Source: the human T2T-CHM13v2.0 reference genome, Homo sapiens. Taken from it: DNA of 64,000 nucleotides. A model generated the notes under the pieces. The model saw only the letters and a program-made list of their open reading frames with translations. It was not told the origin of the DNA and searched no databases. Position numbers and translations under genes: made by a program. Each line of letters starts with the position of its first letter. Within the stretch, counting starts at the first letter, position 1. Shown piece after piece: positions 26,900 to 39,535 of this stretch. The stretch lies in the NCBI RefSeq assembly GCF_009914755.1, contig NC_060930.1; one strand, 5' to 3'.

Positions 26900-28746
26900 T
26901 TTATTCTTTGCTTCCTCTCCAGTTCTATTTTGTACCTTCCACTAGATTGATCACATTTTCTTTCTTTTTTTATTCCATGTAATAATTTGGGAAATACATG
27001 TTTTGTTTTATACTTTAAACAGGCAAACTGGCTTCAAAATATTCCAACAAAATATAACATTAATATTTTTATTCGGCCCCATAGGGCTGCTCCACATTCT
27101 CTCTCCTCCTGAATAGGCTTGTACTTTACTTTGAACTGTCATCCATTTTTATTTTTCATTTAGTGTTATCCTGTATCTCCCTCTACATTGCTTTAACCAT
27201 ACTCCTATATATTCTCATTATTCTTTTTAAGTTAGATTTTTTTTTATATTTGAATATTGTGTTTTCTCAATTTGGGACTCATCTTTATTTTACATTCCAT
27301 TATTTTATCTTATGTTGGTTTCCTTCGGGCTTCAGCTTATCTTGTCCAGTTCTTTCAGTGAAGTTTTGTAGTTGATAAACTCTTGTTTATAGGTTTGAAA
27401 AATATAATTATTGTTCTCTAACTTGAATGACAATTTAGTTTGATATTGAACTGAAAGTCAATAATTATTTCCTGTCAGTGCTTTGGAAATAGTATTCCTC
27501 TATCTTCTTCACTAAGTTTTGCTGATGAGAAATTCACTGGTGAGAAATTTGTCAGTAATTTATATTTATTTGTAAATCTTTTTTTCTCTAAAAGGTTAAA
27601 AAACTTCATTTTTTTGTTGTTCTACAGTATAATACACATGTATCTAATTTATCCATCTGAAGACTTTAAATTATTTTTAGGACTTACTATGTTTATAGTT
27701 TTGAAATTTTTTTATAAAATATGTTTTCAAACAATAAATTGGCCCCATTTTCTTGATTCTCTCCCTGACTTCCTATTGGACATGTATAGGACCATCTTAT
27801 TCCTTCCTTCATGATTTTCTCTTCATCTCATGGTGCTGCATTCTGGTCATCTTCTCAGGTCCATCTTTTGGCATATGAATATTATTCTAAATTGTGTCTG
27901 GTTCACCTTTACCCATCCCATTGAGTTTTTTATTTCAATTGGTTTTTTATTGTCTAAAATTTACATTTGGGTTTTCTGCAAAGCATCCTTTTTCTTTTTT
28001 TATTATACTGTCCTGTCTTGTCTTGCAAATCTTATTTCTTCTTTCATTTATTCAACCATATCAGATATTCTTATTTTAAAATTTATTTAAATTCTTCTTG
28101 TACATAGAAGATACTTCTACTACTCTTCTAGTTGTTATTTCTAACTACTACACAACGTCACTAGGCTTCCTATTTCCTCATGTGTTTTGTAATATTTTAT
28201 TGTTGACTTATCTTTGGTCTGATGTGTCTTATGTTTATTGAACTTCTTGGGGGATTTTGTTAATTTCTTCTTTGAAAACTTCTACTATATGAGTATCGGG
28301 CAGGAATTTAGGTCACACACCTATTTGTGTTATAAGGCTGAAAATCAGTCATTTCATTTGACTCTGTACTTACAGCCTTGCGCCAGCAGGCTGAAGTTTT
28401 TCATTAGGACCTCCTTTATCCTATAATTAGATTTATAAAGGAAGATCAGGATTAGTAACTCTTAGATACAAGAAGCCTATGGTCTTTATTCTGACCTCTA
28501 AACAGAATTAAACTCTATCCTTTAAGGCTTATATAGGGACAGCTTTATACCCATGAGTTACATGGGTCCACTCCTAGGCACTGCTGTAAATTTCCTCTTA
28601 ATTTCTGGCACGTGAAGATTTCATTGTCTTACTTTCCATTTTTATTACCTCAAATTTTTCAGTCTAGTATTTGTATGTGAATTGGGTAATAGGAGTTGTT
28701 TCTTAGGTCCATGTCAGCTAATTTCACCATCTTAACCAGAAGCTCC
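26900..28746 (-). mobile_element. Ancient L1ME/HAL1-like 5' region (ORF1 plus 5'UTR), antisense
   Basis: T-rich antisense ORF1-like motifs (ttgaatgacaatttag, ttgctgatgagaaattc); ends with caccatcttaaccagaagctcc, the reverse of an L1 5' terminus. Confidence 0.6.
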
Positions 28747-29677
28747 AGGACACCTTCTACAGCCCCAAGCAATCAACACAAACCACTAATCATTTATTGT
28801 CTACCTTTTGGGTTTACAGCACTGGAGTCTAGGCATAAATATAAATATAAATATAAGTCTCAATATCGCTCTTCAAGGGGTTTACAATCTGTTGGTGGTC
28901 TAAATGAGAGAAAACACATTTTTCAAAAATATAAAATGTGCTAACATAAGATCAGTGTGTATTCAGGAGAGTTGCAAATGACAACAACAACAACATAAAA
29001 AGGTTTCATGGAATAGTTAGAAATCTTAACTTGCTAGAAAAACGTATAGATTTAGGAAAGCCATAGAGTTAGGAAGTGTTTCCAGTTAAAAGAAACAGGA
29101 TATGCTATAAAGATGAGGATGAGCAAAGTATTTTGAGACAATCATGATTATATCACTGGCCTTGAGCAGGTCAACCACATTGGAGAGTAAATTCTAAAGT
29201 ACTTTATTTTTCAGATTTTTGAACTTTGTTTATTGAGAATATTTTATGTAAGAATGTTATAGGGTGAAATAATTGCTCTGAGAAGGTTACTCTGGTAGTG
29301 TTCTACATCATGGCATGAGAGAACTGTGAAAGGAAGGCATGGCAGTAACTCAGTTCTAAAAGGATGAAGGCTCAGACTAGTAGATTGCTAAGGGGAGTGG
29401 AAAACAAAGGAAAACCAACAGAGGCAGTTTAATGTATTTACATCTCCTTTTGTCCACAAAAGGTTTGGTGTCTCTTTGAGAAAATCCAGAAGAAAAAATG
29501 GAAATAGTAAGAGGGGATTCTATAAAGAGAAAAAAGCAAAATTGTTGATCTCGTGGTTCTATAGTTTCTGGCTGGCAGTGCAAATATAAAGATGTTGCAC
29601 CAAGTGTCCTCCTCAAGGGCAGTACATTTTTTTTTCTAGAAAAAAATTCTGAAAAGAGCTCTCCTATTCATGTTCAT

Positions 29678-29896
29678 CAGTGGTTCTTCAGTGGAGGCTA
29701 TTTGCCTCTTTAGAGATATTTATCATCATTCAGAGACATTTTTGATTGTCACACTGGTAGGAGGAGGGTGTGCTACTGGTACCTAATGGCTAGAGGTAAA
29801 AGATGCTGCTAACATAGCCTACAGTGCACTGGGTGGACCCCACACCAAAAATTATCTGGCCTGAAATGTTAATTATGCTGAAGTTGTGAAATCTAA
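29678..29896. mobile_element. MER20 (hAT-Charlie)
   Basis: cagtggttct...gagacatttttgattgtcaca.ctgg...tgctactgg..cctaatgg.tagagg...gatgctgctaa...aattatctggcc. Confidence 0.85.
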
Positions 29897-32675
29897 TACA
29901 CATCGATGTAATGGACTTTGCTCTCACAGCTGTTTTCTTAAGGAAATAAAATACATGCTTAACGTAGTTATGTATAGACACATTCATGTATTCAGTCGAT
30001 TTGGGACATTAAACAATCCACTGTAACCTGCTCTATTTTTACCATTGTACTTATCAACATCACAATTTCTTACTCTTATTTCAAATTCGAAATTAATTAT
30101 TTTTATGGTTATTTTTAATTTTCTGCTTACCCCCTGTAATTCCTCAAATGTAGGCTCCATCAGCCCAAGGATCTTTGAAAGTTTTTTTTCACAGATATTT
30201 TGCATCACTAGTGCTTGTCAGCAGTAGAATTTTAGTGAATACTTTTTCTATAAATGAACAATGGGTAAAAAAAACAGATTTATTGTTACCTAATGTCATA
30301 GAAATTTGGAAATTAAGGAACTTGGATGAAGAAGAAGTGGGTATGACCGTAAATTATCCTCCTTACACATTATTTCCTGCTTTTACATTTATAAATGAAG
30401 CTGAATTTTAGACTCCAAGAACAGCCTTTCTTTGAAGAATCAGCATGATAGAATTATTCAATGTGAATTATAAAACTCTGGAAAGAAACCAAAGTACATA
30501 CTGGTTCATTAGACATTGAAAGGAAGACAAAAGCGGTTGAAGGCTATGGAGATGTAAAATTATAGATTTCCTATCAATCAATTCAGAAGTATTCTAATAC
30601 TTTTCCTAGTATACACATTAGAGCAGAATGTTTTGTTCTTCTGATATTCAATTCATAAAATAAATGTACCCTTTTTTTCTTGTTACTTTTTCTAAACCCA
30701 TATTATTAGCCATAAATGATGCTGCTCATGATGATATTAAGTAAAAAGAGAAACATAAGAATTCATTATTGGGAAAACTCCATTCACATATTCAAATGTA
30801 TAAGCTTTTAAGATAAATAATGTTAATTTTATTATTTATCAAAGATAAAGATAACTACTAATTAAAATATATTTAACGGAACAACAAAATGTTTGATATC
30901 AGAAATATATAAATTGCAGTTAAAAGGTCTTTGAAAATAGTGTAGTGGTAAATAAAAGTTCAAAAAAAAAAAAGAATATATTGCCCACATTAAAAACCTA
31001 TATGGAACAAGGAGATCAGCTGGAAGCCAAGAGACACTTCCCAATATGGGGAAAAGGTAAGTCAGTGGTCCATATTCCCACCATGGACTCCTGCAATCCT
31101 AGCCATGGAAGAGCACTGCAATCCTCAATCCTCGCCGGCCCTACAACTAACATAGGGAACTTCCAGGAGATTGTGCAATGGAACTGCTCCAGGGAGTGGA
31201 GGGTGGTTGTGCTGGGTCCCACATGCTCCATGAGACTTGGCCTCAAGCTATCTTCCCAACTTGGCCTCTCAAAGTGCTTAAATTACAGGTGTGAGTCACC
31301 ACTCCTGGTCAGAATTCAAATTATTGATTCTAAAGAAGCTCAATCAGCTATAGCAAGGTACCATTTTAGAGCCCTGCACCCAATGGACTGCACACTGTCC
31401 TGGAGCCCAGTGATGCCAGGTCTGAGATGCAATATAAGAGTGGCTTCTACTTCCAAGGTAGCAACCTGAAGCTTAGGTGCAAGTGATCATGGGCTAACAT
31501 ACCAGGGGCTGAGATGTGATCCAAGCATGGACTATTGCTGTTGAGGCTTAGGCATGAGCAAACTGCCAGCTACTGCAGCAGGGCCTGAGGCTTGAGCACT
31601 GCCAGGGCTGAGTCGTGAGTATGGGGCATCTCCTCACCTGCTGGCCTAGGATGTTCAACACCAAAAACAGCACTGCCTTTCCCATTTGCAGGGAAGCAGT
31701 TAGGCTGTTGCCACCCTCTCCCAAACATTTCACCAGTGGCTGGGGGTTGTCCTCCTGCCTACCATGGCTGGCATCTTCATTTACAATTGGGGGCCTGAGA
31801 ACAAGCCCGCCCAGCTTGGCTTTGCCATAGCCCTGTGCCAGGGCATGCAGCCTGGGGACAAGGGGATTGCCGAGCTGAGTCAATAATCATTGGCATCTGA
31901 ACCTTCTCCAGGGGGACCTGAGGTTGGGCATACACACCATAGCTGGCACCTACCTTCATGTGCTACCTGTTGGCATGGAGACTGGCCTGCACATTACATT
32001 ACAGTCACCACCAACACCAGCACACAGCACTCAGAATTCAGAGGGCTATCCTGCCACTGACAATGACATTGCTAATTCCATGTCAGTTGGCTGGGGCCCC
32101 AAGAACCTGCCCACCCACCCGCTACATTACTGCCATTATTAGCATCTGAGTAAGCCACCCAGAGGCCTAAGAATAGGCCAAACTGGACCCATTAACACCA
32201 GTGCCAGCATATACTACCCTGCAGCCCAAAGACAGACATGCTTAACCCACCACCTCCACCACTAGGGCCTGAAGACTGATCTAACCTGGTGCTGCAGTCC
32301 GCAGGAAAACTTTACCACAGCCTCCACCAATAACTGCTCCCTAAGCCACCAAGAAAATCAGAGACCGTGGATGCTGTTCACAGCTGAAGGAATGATACAG
32401 AGACTACATTACTGCATGGACACAGAATCAAAGCCAAAGTGTCCTACATAACCAACACCGTAGATACATCTTTAGGAAAAAGTGTTCTGCTATTAAAGCA
32501 AATTTAAAAACTGGAAGAAGCAACTGTTACACCAGATGTGCAGATGTCAACATAAGCATAAAGAAAACATAAAAAAGCAAGGGAACATGGCACCTCCAAC
32601 GAACATAATAATACTCCAGCAAAAGATCCTAATGAAAAAGAAATTCAAAACATTCCAGAAAAAGAATCCAAATTA

Positions 32676-32979
32676 TTATTATTATTGTATTATTATTATT
32701 ATTGGGACTTGTTCTGTGACCCAGGCTGGAGTGCAGTTGGTATGTAATAGCATGCTGTTGCCTTGAACTCCTGGGCTCAATCAATCCTTCCACCTCAGCC
32801 TCCTGAGTAGCTAGGACTATAAGCACACCACACCTACCCAATTAAAAAAAAGAAAAATGTAGAGACAGAGTCTTGGTATGTTGCCCAGACATGTCTTGAA
32901 CTCTTGGCCTCAAGTGATCCTCTTCTGCCTCAGGCTCCCAAAGTGCTGATAATATAGGTGTGAGCCATCACACTTGGCC
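32676..32979 (-). mobile_element. AluJ inserted in L1 ORF1, tail converted to (TTA)n
   Basis: cccaggctggagtgcag, ctcctgggctcaa; TSD agaatccaaatta / agaattaaaatta. Confidence 0.92.
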
Positions 32980-33640
32980 AGAATTAAAATTACAGATTCT
33001 AGATATGCTCAATTATATATAAGACAATCTTGAGAATTAATACAAAGAAATCAGAAAAATAACTTTAGATATGAATGAGAAATTTACCAAAAAGATAAAT
33101 ATCATAAAAAGAACAAAACAAAAATTCTGCAACTGAAGAATGAAATGAAGGAAAAAAAATACTTTCAAAAACTTCAATAATACACTAGATTAAGCAGAAA
33201 ATGAATGTTAAAACTTGAAGACAGATCTTTTGAAATAACCCAATGAGGCAAAAATAAAGAATAAAAAAGAAAAAGCAAAGGCTTCATAACATATGGGACA
33301 CCATGAAGCAACCCAATATTTGAATTATCAAAGTCCCAGAATGCAAGGAGAGAACAAAAGGGAAAGAAAACCTATTTAACAAAATAATACATGAAGCATT
33401 TCCAAGTCTAGCGAGAAATTTAGAAATCCATATACAGAAGGCTCTGAGATCCCCAGAAATGTATAAAGAGGTCCTCTCTACAGCATCTTGAAGTCAAACT
33501 GCTTAAAGTGAAAAACAAAGAGAGAATTATAAAAACAGAAAGATAAAAGCATTTAGTTACCTATAAGGAAACCCCAATCAGACTAACTGGATTTCTCAGC
33601 AGAAACCTTATAGGCCATGAGAGAATGGGAAGATATGTTG

Positions 33641-33857
33641 GAAAGAAGGAAAGAAAAAGAAAAAGAAAGAAAGAAAGATGAGAGAGAGAGGGAGGGAGGG
33701 GGAGGTAGGGAAGAAAGAAAGAAAGAGAGAGAGAGAGAAAGGAAGGAAGGAAGGAAAGAAGGAAGGGAGGGAAAGGAAGGAAGGAAGGAAAGAAAAGAAA
33801 AAAGGAAAGAAAGAAAGGAAGAAAGAAAGAAAAGAAAAAAGAAAAGAAAGAAAGAAA
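33641..33857 (+). repeat. GA-rich polypurine tract (GAAA/GGAA/GA units) inside L1 ORF1
   Basis: ~217 nt with only two T residues. Confidence 0.95.
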
Positions 33858-35527
33858 TAAAACCTGATAGCCAAGGATAATATATCCAGCAAAATTATCC
33901 TCCATAAATTAATGAGAAATAATCTTTCCCAGGGAATTCTTCATCATAAAGCAGACCTAGCAAAAATGCTTAAGGGAGTCCTACACCTGGAGGAAAACAA
34001 ACAATGTTTACCATCATGGAAGCATATGAAAGTACGGTAAAGCAAACAGACAAATACCAAAGAGAATGGACTCAAATGACACCATTAAAAAAACCACCAA
34101 ACCAAAGTGATAGACAATGAAAAGAAAAAAAGGAACAAAGACTATAAGAAACAACCAGAAAACAACGAGCAATATGACAGAAACCTCACATATCAATAAA
34201 CTTGAATGTAAATGAATTAAATTCTCCACTTAAAAGATACAGACTGGCATTATAAAGTTATAAAACTACTGAAGAAAACACAGGGAAAGCACCTCACAAC
34301 ATTGATCTAAGTAAAGATTTTATGGCTAAGAGCTCAATAGCACAGATAACTGAAACAAAAATAGTCAAATAGGACTATGTTATACAAAACATCTTCTGCA
34401 CAGAAAAGGAAACAATAAATAGTGAAGAGAAAACTTATTGAATGGTAGAAAATATTTGCAAACTATGCATCCAATAAGGGACTAATATCCAAACTATGCA
34501 AGGAATGCAAACAACTCAACTATTAAAAAGAACCACACAAATAATCTTATAAAAAATGGGCAAAGGACAAGCATAGGTATTTCTCAAAAGAAGATATAGT
34601 GACGACAAAGAGGTATATAAAAAATGCTCAGTATCAGTAGACATCAGGGAAATGCAAATGAAAACCACAATGAGGTATCAACTCATCCCTGTTAGAATAG
34701 CTATTATGAAAAAGACAAAAAACAAACAAACCCACGAATGCTGGTGAGGTTGTGGAGAAGAGGGAACACTTATACACTACTGGTAGGAATGTAAATTAGT
34801 ACAACCACTATGGAAAACACTGTGGAGATTTCTCAAAACAAAAATTAGAACTACCATACAATCAAGCAATCCCACTATTGGGTATCCAAAGGAAAAGGAA
34901 TCATTATATCAAAGGAATATCTGAACTTGGACGTTTATTGTAGCACTATTCACAATAGCAAAGATGAAATCAACCTAAGTGTCCATCAGTGAACAGACGG
35001 ATAAAGAAAATGTACACACACAATGGAATACTATTAGTCCATATAAAAGAATGAAATCATTTCATTTGTAGCAACATATATTGAACTGAAAGTTATTATG
35101 TTAAGTGAAGTAATCAGGGCACAGAAGGATAAATACTACATTTGCATGCATATGTGCAAGGTAAAAAAAAAAAGATCTCTCAGAGACAATAGAATGATAG
35201 ATACCACAGGTAGGGAAGGGTGTGAAGGTCAGAGGGGGAAGTGAAGAGGTGGTAGTGAATAGGTACAAACTTACAGTTAGAAGAAATGCGTTCTAATATT
35301 TGATAGCAGATCAGGGTGAGTAGCAGTAAGCAACAATATATTAACATATTACAAAATAGCTAGAAGAGAGGACTTGAAATGTTGCCAACACATAGAAATG
35401 ATAAATAGCTAATATGATGGATACCCCAATTACCCTGACTTGATCATTACACAGTCTTGTATGTAAAAAATACTCACATGGACCCTATAAATATGTAAAA
35501 TATTACGTATCAGTAAAAAACATATGA

Positions 35528-35829
35528 GGCTGGGAGCAGTGGCTCACGCCTGAAATCCCAGTACTTTGGGAGGCAGAGACAGGTGGATCACCTGAGATCA
35601 GGAGCTCAAGACCAGTCTGGCCAACATGAGGAAACCCCATCTCTACTAAAAATACAAAAATAAGCCGGGTGTGGTGACACTTGCCTGTAATCCCAGCTAC
35701 TCGAGAGGCTGAGGTAGGAGAATGTCTCCAATCTGGGAGGCGGAGGTTGCAGTAAGCCAAGATCGTGCCACTGCACTCCAGTACGGAAGACAGAGTGAGA
35801 CTCTGTCTTAAAAAAAAAAAAAAAAAAAA

Positions 35830-35830
<1 letters not shown>
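35528..35830 (+). mobile_element. AluS (Sx/Sz-like) at the 3' end of the L1
   Basis: ggatcacctgagatcagg, ggccaacatg, ggcggaggttgcag; A-tail followed by (TA)23. Confidence 0.93.

Positions 35831-35832
<2 letters not shown>

Positions 35833-35878
<46 letters not shown>
35833..35878. repeat. (TA)23 microsatellite
   Basis: Direct count. Confidence 0.97.
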
Positions 35879-35884
<6 letters not shown>

Positions 35885-37257
35885 GACTTGTCTTGATAAA
35901 GTTTATTTTTAATAGTAAGATTTTATTAATGATTAAAAATTTAAAAACTCTCATTTAACATCTCAATAATTTAAAACCGTATTTTTAAGATGAGTAAGTT
36001 TCACGAAAATAAAACAGGATTACCTTATTTAGATCATTTATGAAAATTTTCATAAACAGTATTTTTAAAAAGATATAATTATGCCCTAATATTTATTGTA
36101 CTAAACATTTTGCTAAGCATAGCCAGAGGCAGAATTTATTACCACTTCTCCATCTGTATCAGTTTCTCCATTACTACAAGCTTTATTTATATTTCATAGC
36201 AAGATACAAACGGCACAACTTAAACCACATCTGTATTTTTTACTGAATTTAATATTCAAACACATGTAGGAATATTTTAATATAACATTTTATTTATTTA
36301 GAAACTTTTTTGCAATGTTTTCTACTCCATTCCCTGAAAATCAGATTTTTATGGATTTAATTTTATACATCTTTCCTTGATTTCAATTTTTTTCTACTAT
36401 TTTTATATAAAACTAAGCCAAAAACACCTTTCAAAGTAAATAGAAATGTCTTAGATATAAATAAATATAATTGAGACCGTCAAGCAAAAACCCATGAAAA
36501 AAAAATATGACAGGATTCCTAAAATAGTAACATCAATACATAAAGTCCATTTATGTCCATTAATAGCAAATACTTATTCATACAAGAATGATTTCCCACT
36601 TAGAAAAAAACACTAAAATTGCACACAAAATGCCACAGTCCAGGTAAATAAAGAACTAGTAAGTCTTGCATTATAAATCACATAAATATTTTATCATTGT
36701 GTTTGCTTATGTGTGTGTGCACACTCAAACTCAGAGAAAGAGATTGAAAGAGAGAGAGTAATGAGAGATAATGCAGGCATCATCTCTTTTACACAAGTAC
36801 ATCATCCTCCTACACAAGAACTGGGAAATAAACTGCATAGGCATAAGATGCAATTCAGAAATCTTAAAGACCAGATAATCAATGCCCTCCTCTACATCTG
36901 AAACAACTGGACATTATAAACATATTTGTGTACTACTCTCTCCTCTTATTACTTCTTAGGTCCACAATGAATTAATCACTCAGGTTACATTCTTTTAGCA
37001 ATATCATAATGAAAGAATAGCATGTATTTAACAACGCACCAAAACCACCTCTTAAAAATTACATTTTGCCCTCTTTCAAGTTTAAAGATAGAATGGCATA
37101 AAGCCTTAGGTCATCCATGCTGCTGTCTTGCTTGGCACTAGACCTGTGTACAGGAGAGTGCTCTTTTACAATTGTTTTTAAATAGTGCAGAATATTGTCC
37201 TAAAGTCAAGCCTCACCTAAAATGTTTCAAACCTACTTTTTAAGTTAAAAAATGTCC

Positions 37258-37729
37258 TGTATCAGTCAAATCCGGGCAAGAATAAAAACTTACCTCAGAT
37301 GACTCATATGAACATATTTTAATGGAGGGGCTATTTGAAGAAGTGTGGGCTAGAGAGGATAAGCCATCCTGAATCTAACAAAATGGCAAGCTATGACCAT
37401 CGCTGGTACTGAGGAGATGAGGGTAGGAAATAGCTGTTAGAGCGCTAGCATTATGGAGGAGGAAGTGCCAATGGAAGTTAGTCCTAAGGAGATGTAGCTA
37501 CTGCCAAGGATGTTGATCTGAAGCAAATAGAACAAATGCATGAAATATCCAGACCTCTCTCTTTCTTCTGACTATCTGCTATTGCCTTTCACTGGCCCAA
37601 CTCAGATACTCCATCTAAGTCAGCAGGCTAGGAAATAAGGGCGTACAAGATTCAGCGGTCGTCCTTCCTTGTTTTATAGAAGAAAAGAAAGAAAAGGATC
37701 TTGGGCGGGCAAATGGATAAAAATCCAAC
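37258..37729. mobile_element. Ancient MaLR/ERVL-type LTR (MLT1M/N-like)
   Basis: tgtatcagtca start; ggggctatttgaagaagtgtgggc; tgcctttcactggcccaactca; gggcaaatggataaaatccaaca end. Confidence 0.55.
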
Positions 37730-38625
37730 AGAAATATCATCTTTTAAAATTGTATTCTTGTTTCACTCTAGAATCATATATTCAGCCAATTAAAGAGATC
37801 AAGAATGAAGAAGATCTTAAGCATCTATCTAAAACTATATGTCAATTTTGTCTTTTACATTTTGTCCATTGACATTAGACAGCTGACAATCATCCATTTC
37901 CTACCAGTAACCACTATTATAAGACATCTGCAAAATGGAGGTTCGTGCTCATCAGTCAGTTAATGTGAATTGGCAATGGAGAAGCTCAACAGAACACAAC
38001 AGTCTCTAAATAATAATTTGGAAAAGACTGCACAAGATGATCCAATTTCACTGTTAAAGATGCTGCCCAATTCATTACTCAACTCCAGGGCACAGAAAAT
38101 GACAAGCATTTTCATAGATCCAGTTCCTGACACAGTATCAACAAATATTAAAAGCCCACTAAATATTTGTAGGATTAAGTTCTGTAGTATGAAGTAGAGA
38201 TATTGTTAATGAAGAAGTGAGTTGTTTAGTGAAGAGGAGAAAAACAGAAGTGGAAGGGCTAAGGGGAAATGCAGTATCAGGTTTTGCAGCCAAGAATCCT
38301 TGACAGAGGAATTGAAAATTTTATTCTAGGACAGTGTGGGTCCTAGTGGATCACAAAATAAACTTAGTGGGTTTTGAAAAGGGTTTTAAATAAAGACATA
38401 CAAGAAAAAAAAGTAGTGTGAATTTTCAGCACACAATGCAAGTAGTAGGAATATGCATAGTGAAACATTTGCTTCATATTTATATGCATGAATATACTGA
38501 GTCATAATGTGAAATGCATGTCTTATTATGCCCTCATTTCAAAATCTTTGAAAACCACTGGCACATGGAAGTTAGGCACCTCCTTGATTTCAGTTAGGAA
38601 CAAAAACCAGAGGCATGACAAAACC

Positions 38626-38640
38626 CACACACACACACAA

Positions 38641-38673
<33 letters not shown>
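38626..38673. repeat. Short (CA)n followed by (AAT)11
   Basis: Direct read. Confidence 0.95.
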
Positions 38674-38677
<4 letters not shown>

Positions 38678-39374
38678 GAGGAATGACAAATCATGAGAAC
38701 ATGAAGTTCAGGAGAGCTGAAGAAAGATAACATAAATCATAAGAGTACATAAAGGGAAGGCAATTTGCTAATAATTCACCTAAGGACAATATATGAGAAA
38801 GCAAAGCCTGTGAAGCCTGGCATTTTAAATTTTATACTGCAAAGCAGATACTTGGAAAGAAACCATTCCGAGAAAGCAAATGACAATAAGAAATAGAAAT
38901 TATAGAAAATTCAACCAACTATGAAGCAAAATCAGAACATTTGTACAGATAAATCATGAATGTAGCTAAGTAAGTGGCTTTTTAGTCTAACTTTTCATTT
39001 GCTTTAATATTTGTTCATTATTTTATCTGTGTGATTTATGTAATTGCATTTTTAAGCTATAATAATTGCATTGAAAACGATTTAAAATCCACAGTTTTCT
39101 TTTTTAGCTGAAGAAAAACTTAGTCAATGTTTAAAATGCATACTTTTGCCATTGGGTAGTCATTTCTTTAAATTACAGCAATGATACCCTGATAATTTAA
39201 GAATCAAAAGAATGAGTTTGGCATATCCAACCATCTATGCACCTCTGAGCAAGTTACCTAAATTCTCTGTCACCCAATTTCCTTTCTTATAAAATGAGAT
39301 TGTAATTCTTGCCATAAAGCAACATTGTGAGGGTTAAGTTAAAAATAATTGTGTTGATAAGCACTATATTCTCA

Positions 39375-39375
<1 letters not shown>

Positions 39376-39417
<42 letters not shown>

Positions 39418-39535
39418 TTAGAGATGAGGTCTTGCTATATTGCCCAGGCTGGTCTTGAACTCCTGGCCTCAAGTGATCCTCCACCTCAGCCTCCCATGTA
39501 GCTGGAACTATACGCACATGCCTCTTCACCTAGCT
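39376..39535 (-). mobile_element. FLAM / Alu monomer with (ATT)14 tail, inserted at the end of a MIR (~39200-39370)
   Basis: gagatgaggtcttgctatattgcccaggctggtcttgaactcctggcctcaagtgatcctcc; degenerate TSD tatattctcacat / tatacctcatat. Confidence 0.88.

Larger units (their letters stand above)
31005..35520 (+). mobile_element. L1MA4/5-like element: 5'UTR, decayed ORF1, ORF2 start fused to ORF2 end, 3'UTR
   Basis: GC-richer 5'UTR 31005-32530; ORF1-like 32540-34010; ORF2 N-terminus LNVNELNSPLKRYRLA at 34202-34249; then ORF2 C-terminus and L1MA 3'UTR; possible TSD aaaaacctatatg / aaaaaacatatg. Confidence 0.88.

Noticed and set aside
30945-32149. 174-aa ORF and neighbouring ORFs in a GC-richer segment; possible gene or promoter
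   Set aside because: Lies in a decayed L1 5'UTR including an Alu fragment; CpG-depleted; no recognisable protein similarity.
33561-33905. K/E/R-rich and F/L/S-rich ORFs (also 52104-52654 and 58629-58964)
   Set aside because: Translations of GA-rich or CA/TA microsatellites.
36037-36056. Perfect 20-bp palindrome tttatgaaaattttcataaa (also 18-bp atagtgctatagcactat at 63291-63308)
   Set aside because: AT-rich palindromes of this length are not improbable in 64 kb of AT-rich DNA, and there is no supporting context.
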